Position numbers and translations under genes: made by a program. Source: a virus (lineage: Duplodnaviria; Caudoviricetes). From it: 53,778 nt of DNA. The notes beneath the pieces were generated by a model. The model saw nothing but the letters and a program-made list of their open reading frames with translations. It was not told the origin of the DNA and made no database searches. The stretch is taken from positions 1-53,778 of the IMG/VR virus record IMGVR_UViG_3300017779_003527; one strand, given 5' to 3'. Position 1 is the first letter of the stretch. The number at the start of each line of letters is the position of its first letter. Of this stretch, positions 1 to 8,024 are shown piece after piece.

Positions 1-522
1 GAGACCACTCATACTAATATAGCTATACAAGCAATAAAAGACTTTGCAACTGTTGATGAGATAACAGAAATCAAAAACAACAATGCCGAAACATTAAGTT
101 TAATAACACAACAAGTACAAGAATGGAACAATAGCAATTGGGAATTTGATTGTGACTGGGACAATCCAACTATTGCTATAAAAAAAGAAGGCGAATTAGA
201 TAAAAGACAACTCAGAGCTGACTACTCTATTCATTGGGGCAACATGGATAAGACTGCAGCAAAGTGGACAGCACTTTTAGTGTGTAGTAATAGAGATGAT
301 GTACAAGGTGGAGAAATAGGATTTTCTGTATGGCCTGATCCAGCAAGATATGATAATTATGGCAATCTTATAAAGCCTGCAGGCAATGTACAGCCACAAT
401 GGATTAATGAACAAGGAACGTTAATTATATTCCCTAGTATTTTAGAATGGGGACACAGGGCAGTAATATCAGGTGAATTAGTTCTTTGTAGAATGATGTT
501 TTCAGGAGTGGGGTGGAAATGA
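1..522 (+). CDS. 2OG-Fe(II) oxygenase-like protein, 5'-truncated
   Basis: Frame is open from base 1 into the 244..522 ORF. C-terminal pattern GGEIGF...QGTLIIFPS..WGHRAVISGE resembles the DSBH oxygenase core. No clear HxD motif. Confidence 0.55.
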   Translation, partial: ETTHTNIAIQAIKDFATVDEITEIKNNNAETLSLITQQVQEWNNSNWEFDCDWDNPTIAIKKEGELDKRQLRADYSIHWGNMDKTAAKWTALLVCSNRDDVQGGEIGFSVWPDPARYDNYGNLIKPAGNVQPQWINEQGTLIIFPSILEWGHRAVISGELVLCRMMFSGVGWK

Positions 523-791
523 GTGAATATGATGATGTGGTACAATACCAAAGAGATTTATTAAAAGCAGAAGAATGGGCTAAAGGCATTGCTTGCATAC
601 ATGCCCATGGTTTATCTTCAATGCATTATGACGATCGTCCACAAGATACCGCTGACGGAAAAAATGTTACAGACTATGAATACAATTCCGGTATTGTTAA
701 AAGATACCAACAAGGAGAGCTCATTCATATATTTGGTGAAGAGCTTGAAGGCGAACGACTAGTTCAAAAGTATGGATCACATAACCGATGA
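519..791 (+). CDS. hypothetical phage protein
   Basis: ATGA overlap with the upstream stop and with the denV start; no recognised motif. Confidence 0.6.
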   Translation: MSEYDDVVQYQRDLLKAEEWAKGIACIHAHGLSSMHYDDRPQDTADGKNVTDYEYNSGIVKRYQQGELIHIFGEELEGERLVQKYGSHNR

Positions 792-1198
792 CAAGAATTA
801 ACTTAGTATCAACTGCTGAGTTAGCCGATCAACATTTGGTAGCCGAGTATAGAGAAATCTTTATGGTGGGCTCGTCACTTCAACGATCTTTAAAATCTCC
901 TAACTGGGAAAAGAATAAAAAGACCTGGCCTAAAGTGTTCACTCTTAATGGTGGTCATGTTAAGTTTTTTTATAATAAGGGAAAGTACTTACACAAAAGA
1001 TACAACGAACTTGTAAACGAAATGAAAAGCAGGGGTATGAATCCAGATCCAAGTAGAGTCTTTAAAAGGGAACAATGGCCAGATGATCTATACCTAGATT
1101 GGTCTCCAACAGAGCAAGATCTGTTAATTGTTCGTCAAAGAATACAAGAAAGAATTGATATGAAACCAGAATGGTATCGATATTCTAAATCGTTATAG
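788..1198 (+). CDS. denV: pyrimidine-dimer DNA glycosylase / endonuclease V
   Basis: N-terminus MTRINLV..ELADQHLVAEYRE (catalytic Thr2 and Glu23), F.L..GHVKFFYNK, and C-terminal RI..KP.WYRY, as in T4 DenV. Confidence 0.95.
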   Translation: MTRINLVSTAELADQHLVAEYREIFMVGSSLQRSLKSPNWEKNKKTWPKVFTLNGGHVKFFYNKGKYLHKRYNELVNEMKSRGMNPDPSRVFKREQWPDDLYLDWSPTEQDLLIVRQRIQERIDMKPEWYRYSKSL

Positions 1199-1227
1199 CC
1201 CCCATAACCAAAAGTAATAAAAAACTG

Positions 1228-1256
1228 TTGTCTTTATAACAATAAAGGTGTATAGT
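1228..1256 (+). promoter_or_regulatory. sigma70-type promoter candidate
   Basis: TTGTCT-N17-TATAGT in the intergenic region. Confidence 0.5.
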
Positions 1257-1258
1257 CT

Positions 1259-1266
1259 TATAAATA
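1259..1266 (+). promoter_or_regulatory. T4-type late promoter
   Basis: TATAAATA upstream of ORF 1328. Confidence 0.65.
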
Positions 1267-1270
1267 AATC

Positions 1271-1301
1271 GAATGATAAATTATCATTCATACTTATCAT
1301 T
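1271..1301. promoter_or_regulatory. inverted repeat / Fur-box-like operator
   Basis: 9-1-9 palindrome GAATGATAA-A-TTATCATTC (1271-1289) plus a third TTATCATT half-site (1294-1301). Confidence 0.45.
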
Positions 1302-1327
1302 AATTATTTTAATTTTTAAGAGGAACT

Positions 1328-1510
1328 ATGACCACATCTGCGCTACGGGCAGTGAAGTTCATGGAGACCAGGATTGACAAGTTTAGAGATGATCACCAAC
1401 AGGTTTGTGAAATCTGTTCGACTATCGAAGAAGTGCTAAGATTCGCTTTGTGTCTACTAGGACCGATACTGTTACCAATAACTATTATGTACTTAGAAAC
1501 TAGATTCTAA
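1328..1510 (+). CDS. small membrane protein with CxxC
   Basis: AGAGGA RBS, CEIC motif, hydrophobic C-terminal helix. Confidence 0.65.
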   Translation: MTTSALRAVKFMETRIDKFRDDHQQVCEICSTIEEVLRFALCLLGPILLPITIMYLETRF

Positions 1511-1512
1511 GG

Positions 1513-1659
1513 ATGAAACTACTATGGCTGAACTTATTATTCCCGAGCCTACTGTACTCGATGTTGCTCCTAGGTCTGCATCAATACGATCCAAACCAAG
1601 GGGCACTTCGTGCAATCAGAGAAGCGGAACAATTTAAAGCAAGAATAAGAGAAATATAA
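1513..1659 (+). CDS. small membrane protein (48 aa, not in ORF track)
   Basis: Hand translation MKLLWLNLLFPSLLYSMLLLGLHQYDPNQGALRAIREAEQFKARIREI; starts 2 nt after the previous stop. Confidence 0.6.
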   Translation: MKLLWLNLLFPSLLYSMLLLGLHQYDPNQGALRAIREAEQFKARIREI

Positions 1660-1661
1660 TA

Positions 1662-1736
1662 ATGGAAAAATTAGAACTTGCCCTACTAATAACTATATTT
1701 TGTGGGTCGGTCTTTGCATTAACTCCAATAATATGA
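1662..1736 (+). CDS. 24-aa hydrophobic peptide (not in ORF track)
   Basis: MEKLELALLITIFCGSVFALTPII; starts 2 nt after the previous stop and has an ATGA overlap with the next ORF. Confidence 0.5.
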   Translation: MEKLELALLITIFCGSVFALTPII

Positions 1737-1936
1737 GTCAACAATTACAACTATTACTTAATAAACCAAGAGATGCTACACCAGAAGAAGTTGAGCAATG
1801 GCAAAATGGTGGTGACTATTTTATGACAGGCAACTTCGATCCAATGAAAATGTTTGTTGTAGTACCAGCAATAATACAAGCTCTTGTGTTTGGTATGATG
1901 TTGGCTGTAATGTTATACAACACTTTACTGTTTTGA
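1733..1936 (+). CDS. small membrane protein
   Basis: Start reassigned to ATG 1733 (ATGA coupling); C-terminal TM helix. Confidence 0.65.
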   Translation: MSQQLQLLLNKPRDATPEEVEQWQNGGDYFMTGNFDPMKMFVVVPAIIQALVFGMMLAVMLYNTLLF

Positions 1937-2085
1937 TTAAGCAAGCATTCAAAGCCGTCATGGGCGTTGGTAAAAAGGAAGACGTACAGGTGACGGAACT
2001 TAAAGTTATTTTCTTTGCATTCTTAGTTACACTTTTATTCCTAGGTTTTATTGCTTCAATGATGGTACTTGTTTCTGTATTATAA
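1933..2085 (+). CDS. small membrane protein (50 aa, DUF2970-like layout; not in ORF track)
   Basis: TTG start overlapping the previous TGA; MIKQAFKAVMGVGKKEDVQVTELKVIFFAFLVTLLFLGFIASMMVLVSVL. Confidence 0.55.
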   Translation: MIKQAFKAVMGVGKKEDVQVTELKVIFFAFLVTLLFLGFIASMMVLVSVL

Positions 2086-2088
2086 ATA
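2081..2088 (+). promoter_or_regulatory. T4-type late promoter
   Basis: TATAAATA just upstream of ORF 2094. Confidence 0.6.
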
Positions 2089-2093
2089 AATGT

Positions 2094-2417
2094 ATGACAG
2101 AACTTACCCGACAATTTATTGTATCAGCATCACCATACTCAGCAGTTAATTCTAGCTGCTATGTTGCAAGCGTTAAATTTAACAAATCAGCTCAATCTGT
2201 TCTATTACTTGTGAACTATCCAGAAGATGCCACAGAGGCAGAAAGAGTACCGCCTACCAATGAAAAGACTATTACTGATCATCTTGAAAGAGTCTATGAT
2301 AATGTAACTGACATTTCAGGCACAATAGACGGAGCACTTGCTATACGTAATTTGCTGAAATCAAAAACCACAGACGATCCAAACATGCCAGTATCTTTGG
2401 CAACAGCGAGCGTATAA
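2094..2417 (+). CDS. hypothetical protein
   Basis: 107-aa ORF with TAATG coupling to the next gene. Confidence 0.6.
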   Translation: MTELTRQFIVSASPYSAVNSSCYVASVKFNKSAQSVLLLVNYPEDATEAERVPPTNEKTITDHLERVYDNVTDISGTIDGALAIRNLLKSKTTDDPNMPVSLATASV

Positions 2418-3286
2418 TGCCTATAACATATACAGCAAATAAAATGTGCTACGATGTAGTAATGTCAGAAATAAAAGTGGAAGGTAAAGGATCAATGCAA
2501 CTTCCACAACCAGTCCCAACACCACATTCGCGTATTGGTAAAACAATAAATGTTAAATCTCCTTGGAGATGTCAATTACAAAGTGGTGGATGGAGACGTC
2601 ATAGAATGGTATTTGGCAAAGCAAGATATCAAGAATATCAAAACTATGTAAATTCTAAAGCAGGCGACATTATTAGTTTAATTGGTGCAGAAACAACTGG
2701 TCATACAATATCAAAACATAATAAATTGTTTGCGTGGAACAAGGTTGATGGACAATATGGTTTAACCGATGATATGAATGACATGAAGATCGGCGATCTA
2801 TTTCACCACAATCCAGATGACTGTTCCGTAGTAATGGATTTTGATTTTTCTTTAGGGGCTGATGGCCGAAAAGAAAGAATAGAATCATTAAATATACTTG
2901 ATAAAAATGGATGTTTTAAAAATCCAATGACATCCGTAATACCATCAGTACCCATAATAACAGAATTCGACTCAGACAGAATGCCAGGTAATAATGATAA
3001 AGTATATTGTACTTCATTTTGGCCATCTAATCTTAACACGTATGATCAACTGTTTAAAGACTGGAGTCAAATTGGTTACATTAAATTTGCTGGCGACACA
3101 ATGGTCATTCCTAAAAGAGGAACAAAAGATATCCTCATAGTCAATAATAAAGTAAGATTCTTACCTCAAGCAGGTCATGAGCAGGGTAATTCTATGGATC
3201 CTAATAGACCATATGAGCTTAAATCAAATATCCGCACACTAGACAGCATTGGAAGTGCAATTATCATCCATTTGTGGAGAAGGTAA
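2417..3286 (+). CDS. hypothetical protein
   Basis: 289-aa ORF, no recognised motif. Confidence 0.7.
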   Translation: MPITYTANKMCYDVVMSEIKVEGKGSMQLPQPVPTPHSRIGKTINVKSPWRCQLQSGGWRRHRMVFGKARYQEYQNYVNSKAGDIISLIGAETTGHTISKHNKLFAWNKVDGQYGLTDDMNDMKIGDLFHHNPDDCSVVMDFDFSLGADGRKERIESLNILDKNGCFKNPMTSVIPSVPIITEFDSDRMPGNNDKVYCTSFWPSNLNTYDQLFKDWSQIGYIKFAGDTMVIPKRGTKDILIVNNKVRFLPQAGHEQGNSMDPNRPYELKSNIRTLDSIGSAIIIHLWRR

Positions 3287-3297
3287 TACCTAAACTG

Positions 3298-3305
3298 TAT
3301 AAATA
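3298..3305 (+). promoter_or_regulatory. T4-type late promoter heading the curli-associated operon
   Basis: TATAAATA 5 nt upstream of ATG 3311. Confidence 0.7.
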
Positions 3306-3310
3306 GTCGT

Positions 3311-3604
3311 ATGACTATTACGCAATTTTTACTTGAGGTCGGTGTACCAATAGGAAGTGCCTTAATTATGGCCTTCTTTATTTTTCTAACATTAAAGTAT
3401 ATGCTAGACTCTGTTAAGGGTCAGGTAGGTACACTTACAGGTATTATTGGCGGACTTGAGAGTAGAGTAAGACAGATGAATAATGATATGATAAAAATTG
3501 ATCTATTAGTTTCATCAGCATTGGAATTAAAACCTGATATTGAAAGGATTGCAAGAGCTGAAAACTTTATGGAAGATGGCAACATAGACGCTAGACGAGA
3601 TTAG
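3311..3604 (+). CDS. membrane-anchored coiled-coil protein (YvrJ/holin-like), paralog A
   Basis: N-terminal TM (EVGVPIGSALIMAFFIF), then a coiled coil similar to 3606..3902. Confidence 0.65.
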   Translation: MTITQFLLEVGVPIGSALIMAFFIFLTLKYMLDSVKGQVGTLTGIIGGLESRVRQMNNDMIKIDLLVSSALELKPDIERIARAENFMEDGNIDARRD

Positions 3605-3605
3605 T

Positions 3606-3902
3606 ATGGATAAAGTTGCGCTATTAGTTGCTGAGTTTGGTTTTCCAATGGTACTTGCATTGGGTATGGGATACTTTATGTGGTATCTGTGGAAGTTTCT
3701 AACATTGGAATTAAAACCAGCACTAGGAACCTCTCAAAAAGAGTTGATCAAATTGATTGATCAAATTAGAATGCTAGATAATGATTTAATTCGTCTACAA
3801 CAAAAGGTAGACACAGTATTAGAGTATAAACAGACTCAAGATATTATTAGAGATGCAGAAAAAGAGAATGCATTTCAGGAGTTAAAAGATAATGGTATAT
3901 AA
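3606..3902 (+). CDS. membrane-anchored coiled-coil protein (YvrJ/holin-like), paralog B
   Basis: EFGFPMVLALGMGYFMW TM; IRMLDNDLIRL..KVDTVLEYK matches VRQMNNDMIKID..VSSALELK of paralog A. Confidence 0.65.
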   Translation: MDKVALLVAEFGFPMVLALGMGYFMWYLWKFLTLELKPALGTSQKELIKLIDQIRMLDNDLIRLQQKVDTVLEYKQTQDIIRDAEKENAFQELKDNGI

Positions 3903-4392
3903 AATATTACTTAGTTTGGTTGGAGCGCTGGCATTAACAGCACAAGCAGACATAGTACACAAATTTAAAAATCCTTCATTCAGTGGACAAGGCACTGGTG
4001 CTCATTATTTAACAATTGAGAACCAGGAGCATTCAAGGAAGAAGGCAATCGAAGATGCTTTAGAGGCTGCAAGAAAAGCGGCAGAAAGGGAAGCAGAGAA
4101 TACTACATTGGCCAAATTCATGAGGAATCTTGAGTCAAGAATTTACGCACAGTTTGCAAAACAGTTAGTTGACAGTATGTTTTCTAACGACAGTCCAAAT
4201 ACGTTTGGTACATTTACATTAGAAGGTTCAGTCATTACTTGGGAACTTGTTCCCGGTGTTGATGGATCACCAGATGTTATTAGATTAACAGTTGTAGATG
4301 AGTTTGGATCTGAAACCGTTATAGAAATACCGGTTGGAACTGGATACTATTCACAAGACAGTGATGGTAATGGTTCAGATGGGGACGGATAA
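3892..4392 (+). CDS. csgF: curli assembly component CsgF
   Basis: Signal peptide (ALTAQA), then the CsgF-type mature N-terminus IVHKFKNPSFSG; F.RNLESRIYAQ..KQL helix; directly upstream of csgG. Confidence 0.8.
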   Translation: MVYKILLSLVGALALTAQADIVHKFKNPSFSGQGTGAHYLTIENQEHSRKKAIEDALEAARKAAEREAENTTLAKFMRNLESRIYAQFAKQLVDSMFSNDSPNTFGTFTLEGSVITWELVPGVDGSPDVIRLTVVDEFGSETVIEIPVGTGYYSQDSDGNGSDGDG

Positions 4393-5330
4393 TGGAAGCT
4401 CTACTTGGTTTAATGCTTATCTTAGGAGTCTTACAGGAGTCTGATACTCCAATATGGACTGATGAGCCAATAAAATGTGATCAAGTAGAAATAGTTGATA
4501 TGATAACTGCAGTTGAAAAAGCAGTTAACAGAACCTATCTTTGTGTTGAAGAAGCAGAAGTAATTAACTTACCATCTTACTTAGAACTATTACAACTACC
4601 GGCACCAGACCAAAAACCAGTTGTAGCTGTTTATGATTTTTTAGATAAATCAGGACAAAGAAAAGATTCCGCCTCAGGTCAGTCATTTAGTACTGCTGTA
4701 ACTCAAGGTGGTGTAGAATTATTAATAGATGCTCTAAAAACTGCAGGTGGAGGAACCTGGTTTAGAGTAGTTGAGAGACAAGGGATTGATCATCTAGTTA
4801 GAGAAAGACAGATTATTAGATCCGGAAGAGATGAAGCGGCAAAAGCGCTTAATATAGAGCCGCAAAATATTGGACCACTCTTATTCGCAGGAATGATTAT
4901 TGAGGGTGGCGTTATAGGTTATGACACTAATATAAAATCCGGAGGTCGTGGCGCGCGTATCTTTGGTATAGGCAAAACAAAACAGTATAAACAAGATCAA
5001 GTTACTGTTTCTGTTAGAGCTGTTAGTGTTCTAACTGGTGAAGTATTATTAAACGTCCAAACAAGAAAGTCTATCCTTTCTTATGGTGGCGGTGGAGATG
5101 TTTTTAAGTTTATTGAAAACGGAACCACCTTATTAGAATATGAAGACGGTGTGGGAAATAATGAGAATGTGACTTATGCGGTACGAACAGCTGTTGAAGC
5201 TGCAGTACTGGAATTAATATACCAAGGACATGATAGAGGTTTTTGGACAATCAAGGATGGACATAGGCACCCGCATAATGCGGACGGAACTCAGCTTTTA
5301 CATCCTTTAGAGGGAGAAGGAAATGAATAG
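4392..5330 (+). CDS. csgG: curli secretion channel CsgG
   Basis: CsgG hallmarks VAVYDFLDKSGQRK, SFSTAVTQG, WFRVVERQGIDHLVRERQIIR, IIEGGVIGYDTNIKSGG.GAR, DQVTVSVRAVSV.TGEVL. Confidence 0.93.
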   Translation: MEALLGLMLILGVLQESDTPIWTDEPIKCDQVEIVDMITAVEKAVNRTYLCVEEAEVINLPSYLELLQLPAPDQKPVVAVYDFLDKSGQRKDSASGQSFSTAVTQGGVELLIDALKTAGGGTWFRVVERQGIDHLVRERQIIRSGRDEAAKALNIEPQNIGPLLFAGMIIEGGVIGYDTNIKSGGRGARIFGIGKTKQYKQDQVTVSVRAVSVLTGEVLLNVQTRKSILSYGGGGDVFKFIENGTTLLEYEDGVGNNENVTYAVRTAVEAAVLELIYQGHDRGFWTIKDGHRHPHNADGTQLLHPLEGEGNE

Positions 5331-6051
5331 AATATTATTAGGCCTAACTTTACTATTCTCTACATCTTTCATTTATGCAGCAGCCACTGACGATAACGAA
5401 ATTAACATCAATCAAGAGGGTGATACTTTAACACTTTTAATTGATCAAATTGGTTACGGTAACAAAATTGGATTGAACGACTTTTCATCAAGCTCGTCCC
5501 CAATGGTAATTACTGGTACCACATTAAATTTTAATATAGATCAGCAAGGTAATGAAAACTTATTATACGGACCGTTCATCGCTGATACGTCGACCGTTGT
5601 TTTAAGTTGGATTGGCGACAGCAATGTATGGGACTGGAACATTGGTTCTACTGGATCAGCAGATGATATGAACATCGCTTCGGACATCACTGGTGACTCC
5701 AATACAATGGACCTTGACATAGGTGCTAACGCTAGTGCAGAAAGATTAGATTTTGACTTGACAGTAATTGGAAGTTCAAACGTATTTGATGTTGATATAG
5801 ACGTCGATGATGCAGTTTGGAACTTTGATATTACAGGTGGATCAAACAACATTAATACTATGCAAAAAGATGGTGGTGAGCAAGAGATCAATTTGACTCA
5901 TGTTGGCTCCGGTGCTGATATTGATATCAACCAAATGAGTGGATCATGCCCCCAGGGTATTTCTACTTGTAATGGTATCATAACATTGGACATAGATTCT
6001 GAGAATGCAACAATTCAAATTAATCAGAAAGACGCTACTAACGACAGCTAG
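5323..6051 (+). CDS. curlin-like (CsgA/B-like) secreted beta-solenoid repeat protein
   Basis: Signal peptide; repeats of the type x-I-x-Q/T-x-G-x-x-N (IDQIGYGN, IDQQGNEN, ITGDSN, VIGSSN, ITGGSN); very acidic; adjacent to csgG. Confidence 0.7.
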   Translation: MNRILLGLTLLFSTSFIYAAATDDNEININQEGDTLTLLIDQIGYGNKIGLNDFSSSSSPMVITGTTLNFNIDQQGNENLLYGPFIADTSTVVLSWIGDSNVWDWNIGSTGSADDMNIASDITGDSNTMDLDIGANASAERLDFDLTVIGSSNVFDVDIDVDDAVWNFDITGGSNNINTMQKDGGEQEINLTHVGSGADIDINQMSGSCPQGISTCNGIITLDIDSENATIQINQKDATNDS

Positions 6052-7153
6052 TATAGGCTTCTTCATGGGTTCGGTTTTAGCTGAACCCATTGGAGATATT
6101 AAAGAGTATAAAGGAAGCGCAAAGCTAACTAGAGAGGCTGGAGAAGAGCTCGTAGTCTCAGGTTCGTTCGTACCAGAAGTAAACATGAACGACACTGCCG
6201 AAACAAACAACGGCAGAATGCTTATCGAATTCAAAGATAAAGCAGAATTAACATTAACAGAAAACACAAGAGTATACATTGATAACGTATACTATGACCC
6301 CGATCCAAGTAAAAGTAAAATGACCATGCGTATGGCAATGGGCACTGCTAGATTTGCTAGTGGACGACTTGGAATGGTTAATAAGAACAATATAGATATA
6401 TCAACTCCAACAGCTACTATTGCTGTTAGAGGGACAGACTTTACGACAACTATAGATGAGCTAGGGAGAAGTTTAGTTATATTATTGCCAGACGACTTTG
6501 GTAATCCATCTGGACAAATAGACGTGTTTAATGATGGAGGAAAAGTCACACTTACAGAAGCATATGCAGCTACAATGGTAACAGCATATGATAGCCCTCC
6601 AACACCAACAGTTGTTATTAATAACATAACACCCAATATGATTGACAATATGTTTATTGTAGCACCACCTCCTGATGTAAGACGGAACTTAGAAGCTACA
6701 GCAAGGGACGAAGAAAATCAAGATCAAGGATTATTAGATGTAGACTTTTTAGAGTTTAATGAGCTTGAAGGAGATGCAGGACTATCTACAGACGAATTAG
6801 AATTTTCAGAATTAGATATAGACTTCTTGGATGTTGACTTCTTAACCGATTTGCTTGATATAGTAGAAGCATTAGTTCGAACTACAGCATCCCTCTCTGA
6901 CGTACAGAAACAGGGTTCTGGAGGCGCATTTACAATAAAAGGTGCTTCAGTTGGGTTTAACAAAGATTCACAATACAACGTGTTTGAACAAGATGGCGAC
7001 GTAGTATTTTTAAGGGACGTAAACGGAGCCATTAGATTGCAACTAGACATAGGTGCAGCTGCATCAATAGTATCATATGTAGAAGGATACGAAGGAGAGA
7101 TATGTTTAAATGGGTGCGATGATATTTTTATTGTCATAACTCAACAGAACTAA
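6005..7153 (+). CDS. secreted FecR-domain protein with acidic linker
   Basis: Signal peptide (GSVLA|EP); FecR core TNNGRMLIEFKD..L.L.ENT and ISTPTATIAVRGTDF; acidic LDVDFL repeats. Confidence 0.85.
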   Translation: MQQFKLIRKTLLTTASIGFFMGSVLAEPIGDIKEYKGSAKLTREAGEELVVSGSFVPEVNMNDTAETNNGRMLIEFKDKAELTLTENTRVYIDNVYYDPDPSKSKMTMRMAMGTARFASGRLGMVNKNNIDISTPTATIAVRGTDFTTTIDELGRSLVILLPDDFGNPSGQIDVFNDGGKVTLTEAYAATMVTAYDSPPTPTVVINNITPNMIDNMFIVAPPPDVRRNLEATARDEENQDQGLLDVDFLEFNELEGDAGLSTDELEFSELDIDFLDVDFLTDLLDIVEALVRTTASLSDVQKQGSGGAFTIKGASVGFNKDSQYNVFEQDGDVVFLRDVNGAIRLQLDIGAAASIVSYVEGYEGEICLNGCDDIFIVITQQN

Positions 7154-7174
7154 ATATTAATAGAGGTACAAAAA

Positions 7175-7384
7175 ATGATAGAAAAAATATTAGCTAACAG
7201 ACTAAACATTAAAGAAGATTCAATTTATGATTCGTCTGATATAGTTGAGGATCTGGGTGCAGACTCATTATCAGTAGTTGAAATAATTATGGATGTAGAA
7301 AGCGAATACAACATTTCAATTCCCGACGAAGATGCAGAACTCTTACATACTGTAGGAGAACTTAAGGCGTATATAAGTGATTAG
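7175..7384 (+). CDS. acpP: acyl carrier protein
   Basis: EDLGADSLSVVEIIM.VE..Y.I.IPDEDAE with the phosphopantetheinylation Ser; AGAGGT RBS. Confidence 0.92.
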   Translation: MIEKILANRLNIKEDSIYDSSDIVEDLGADSLSVVEIIMDVESEYNISIPDEDAELLHTVGELKAYISD

Positions 7385-8024
7385 ATTTTTAGCAATATTA
7401 TTTTTAACAATGCCAGCATTCGCTGGAGATAATCACGTACACATAGAACAAGTTAGTAGTGGGGATAATGTTAATATTGATATTGACCAGATAGGGTATG
7501 GCAACTTAATTAGATTTAGTACAGCACATAATAACAACACATTTAACTTAACTCAAAAAAATGATAACAATACAGTATCATGGGTACCCTGGTGGGGATC
7601 TGGAGCTAGTTGGGGTGGTGATGTTGATGGTGTTTCAAATGTAATTAATATAGACCAACGTGGTGGAGCTGTTTATGGAGCCCATGTACTTGGTGATTAT
7701 AATGCAGTTGACGTATACCAAGATGGTGACGGAGATCATGAGACTTACTTAGATATTCATTCTAACAATACTAATACAGATATATGGCAAGAGGGTGCTG
7801 GCGACAAGTATGCTAGACTTTATTATTACGGTACAGCTAATAATTCTGACGTAGATTTGATGCAAAAAGGATCGGGTGCACATACTGCATTAATTACATT
7901 AAAAGGATCCCAAGCAACTAATCTAGATTTATTACAACAAGGTGTAACCGATCAATCATATTCTTTAACTCAAACTTGTGTAACAGCTGGTGGTTGTACT
8001 ATCAATGTTACTCAAGGCGATTAG
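7377..8024 (+). CDS. curlin-like (CsgA/B-like) secreted repeat protein
   Basis: GTG start, signal peptide (PAFA|GDN); repeats IDQIGYGN, IDQRGG, VYQDGDG, IWQEGAG, LMQKGSG, LLQQG. Confidence 0.75.
   Translation: MIRFLAILFLTMPAFAGDNHVHIEQVSSGDNVNIDIDQIGYGNLIRFSTAHNNNTFNLTQKNDNNTVSWVPWWGSGASWGGDVDGVSNVINIDQRGGAVYGAHVLGDYNAVDVYQDGDGDHETYLDIHSNNTNTDIWQEGAGDKYARLYYYGTANNSDVDLMQKGSGAHTALITLKGSQATNLDLLQQGVTDQSYSLTQTCVTAGGCTINVTQGD

Noticed and set aside
5541-7137. Antisense ORFs (5541-5891, 5944-6279, 6292-6648, 6724-7137) and similar shadows over the structural genes
   Set aside because: They are Ser/Ile-rich mirror translations of well-supported opposite-strand genes, without motifs of their own
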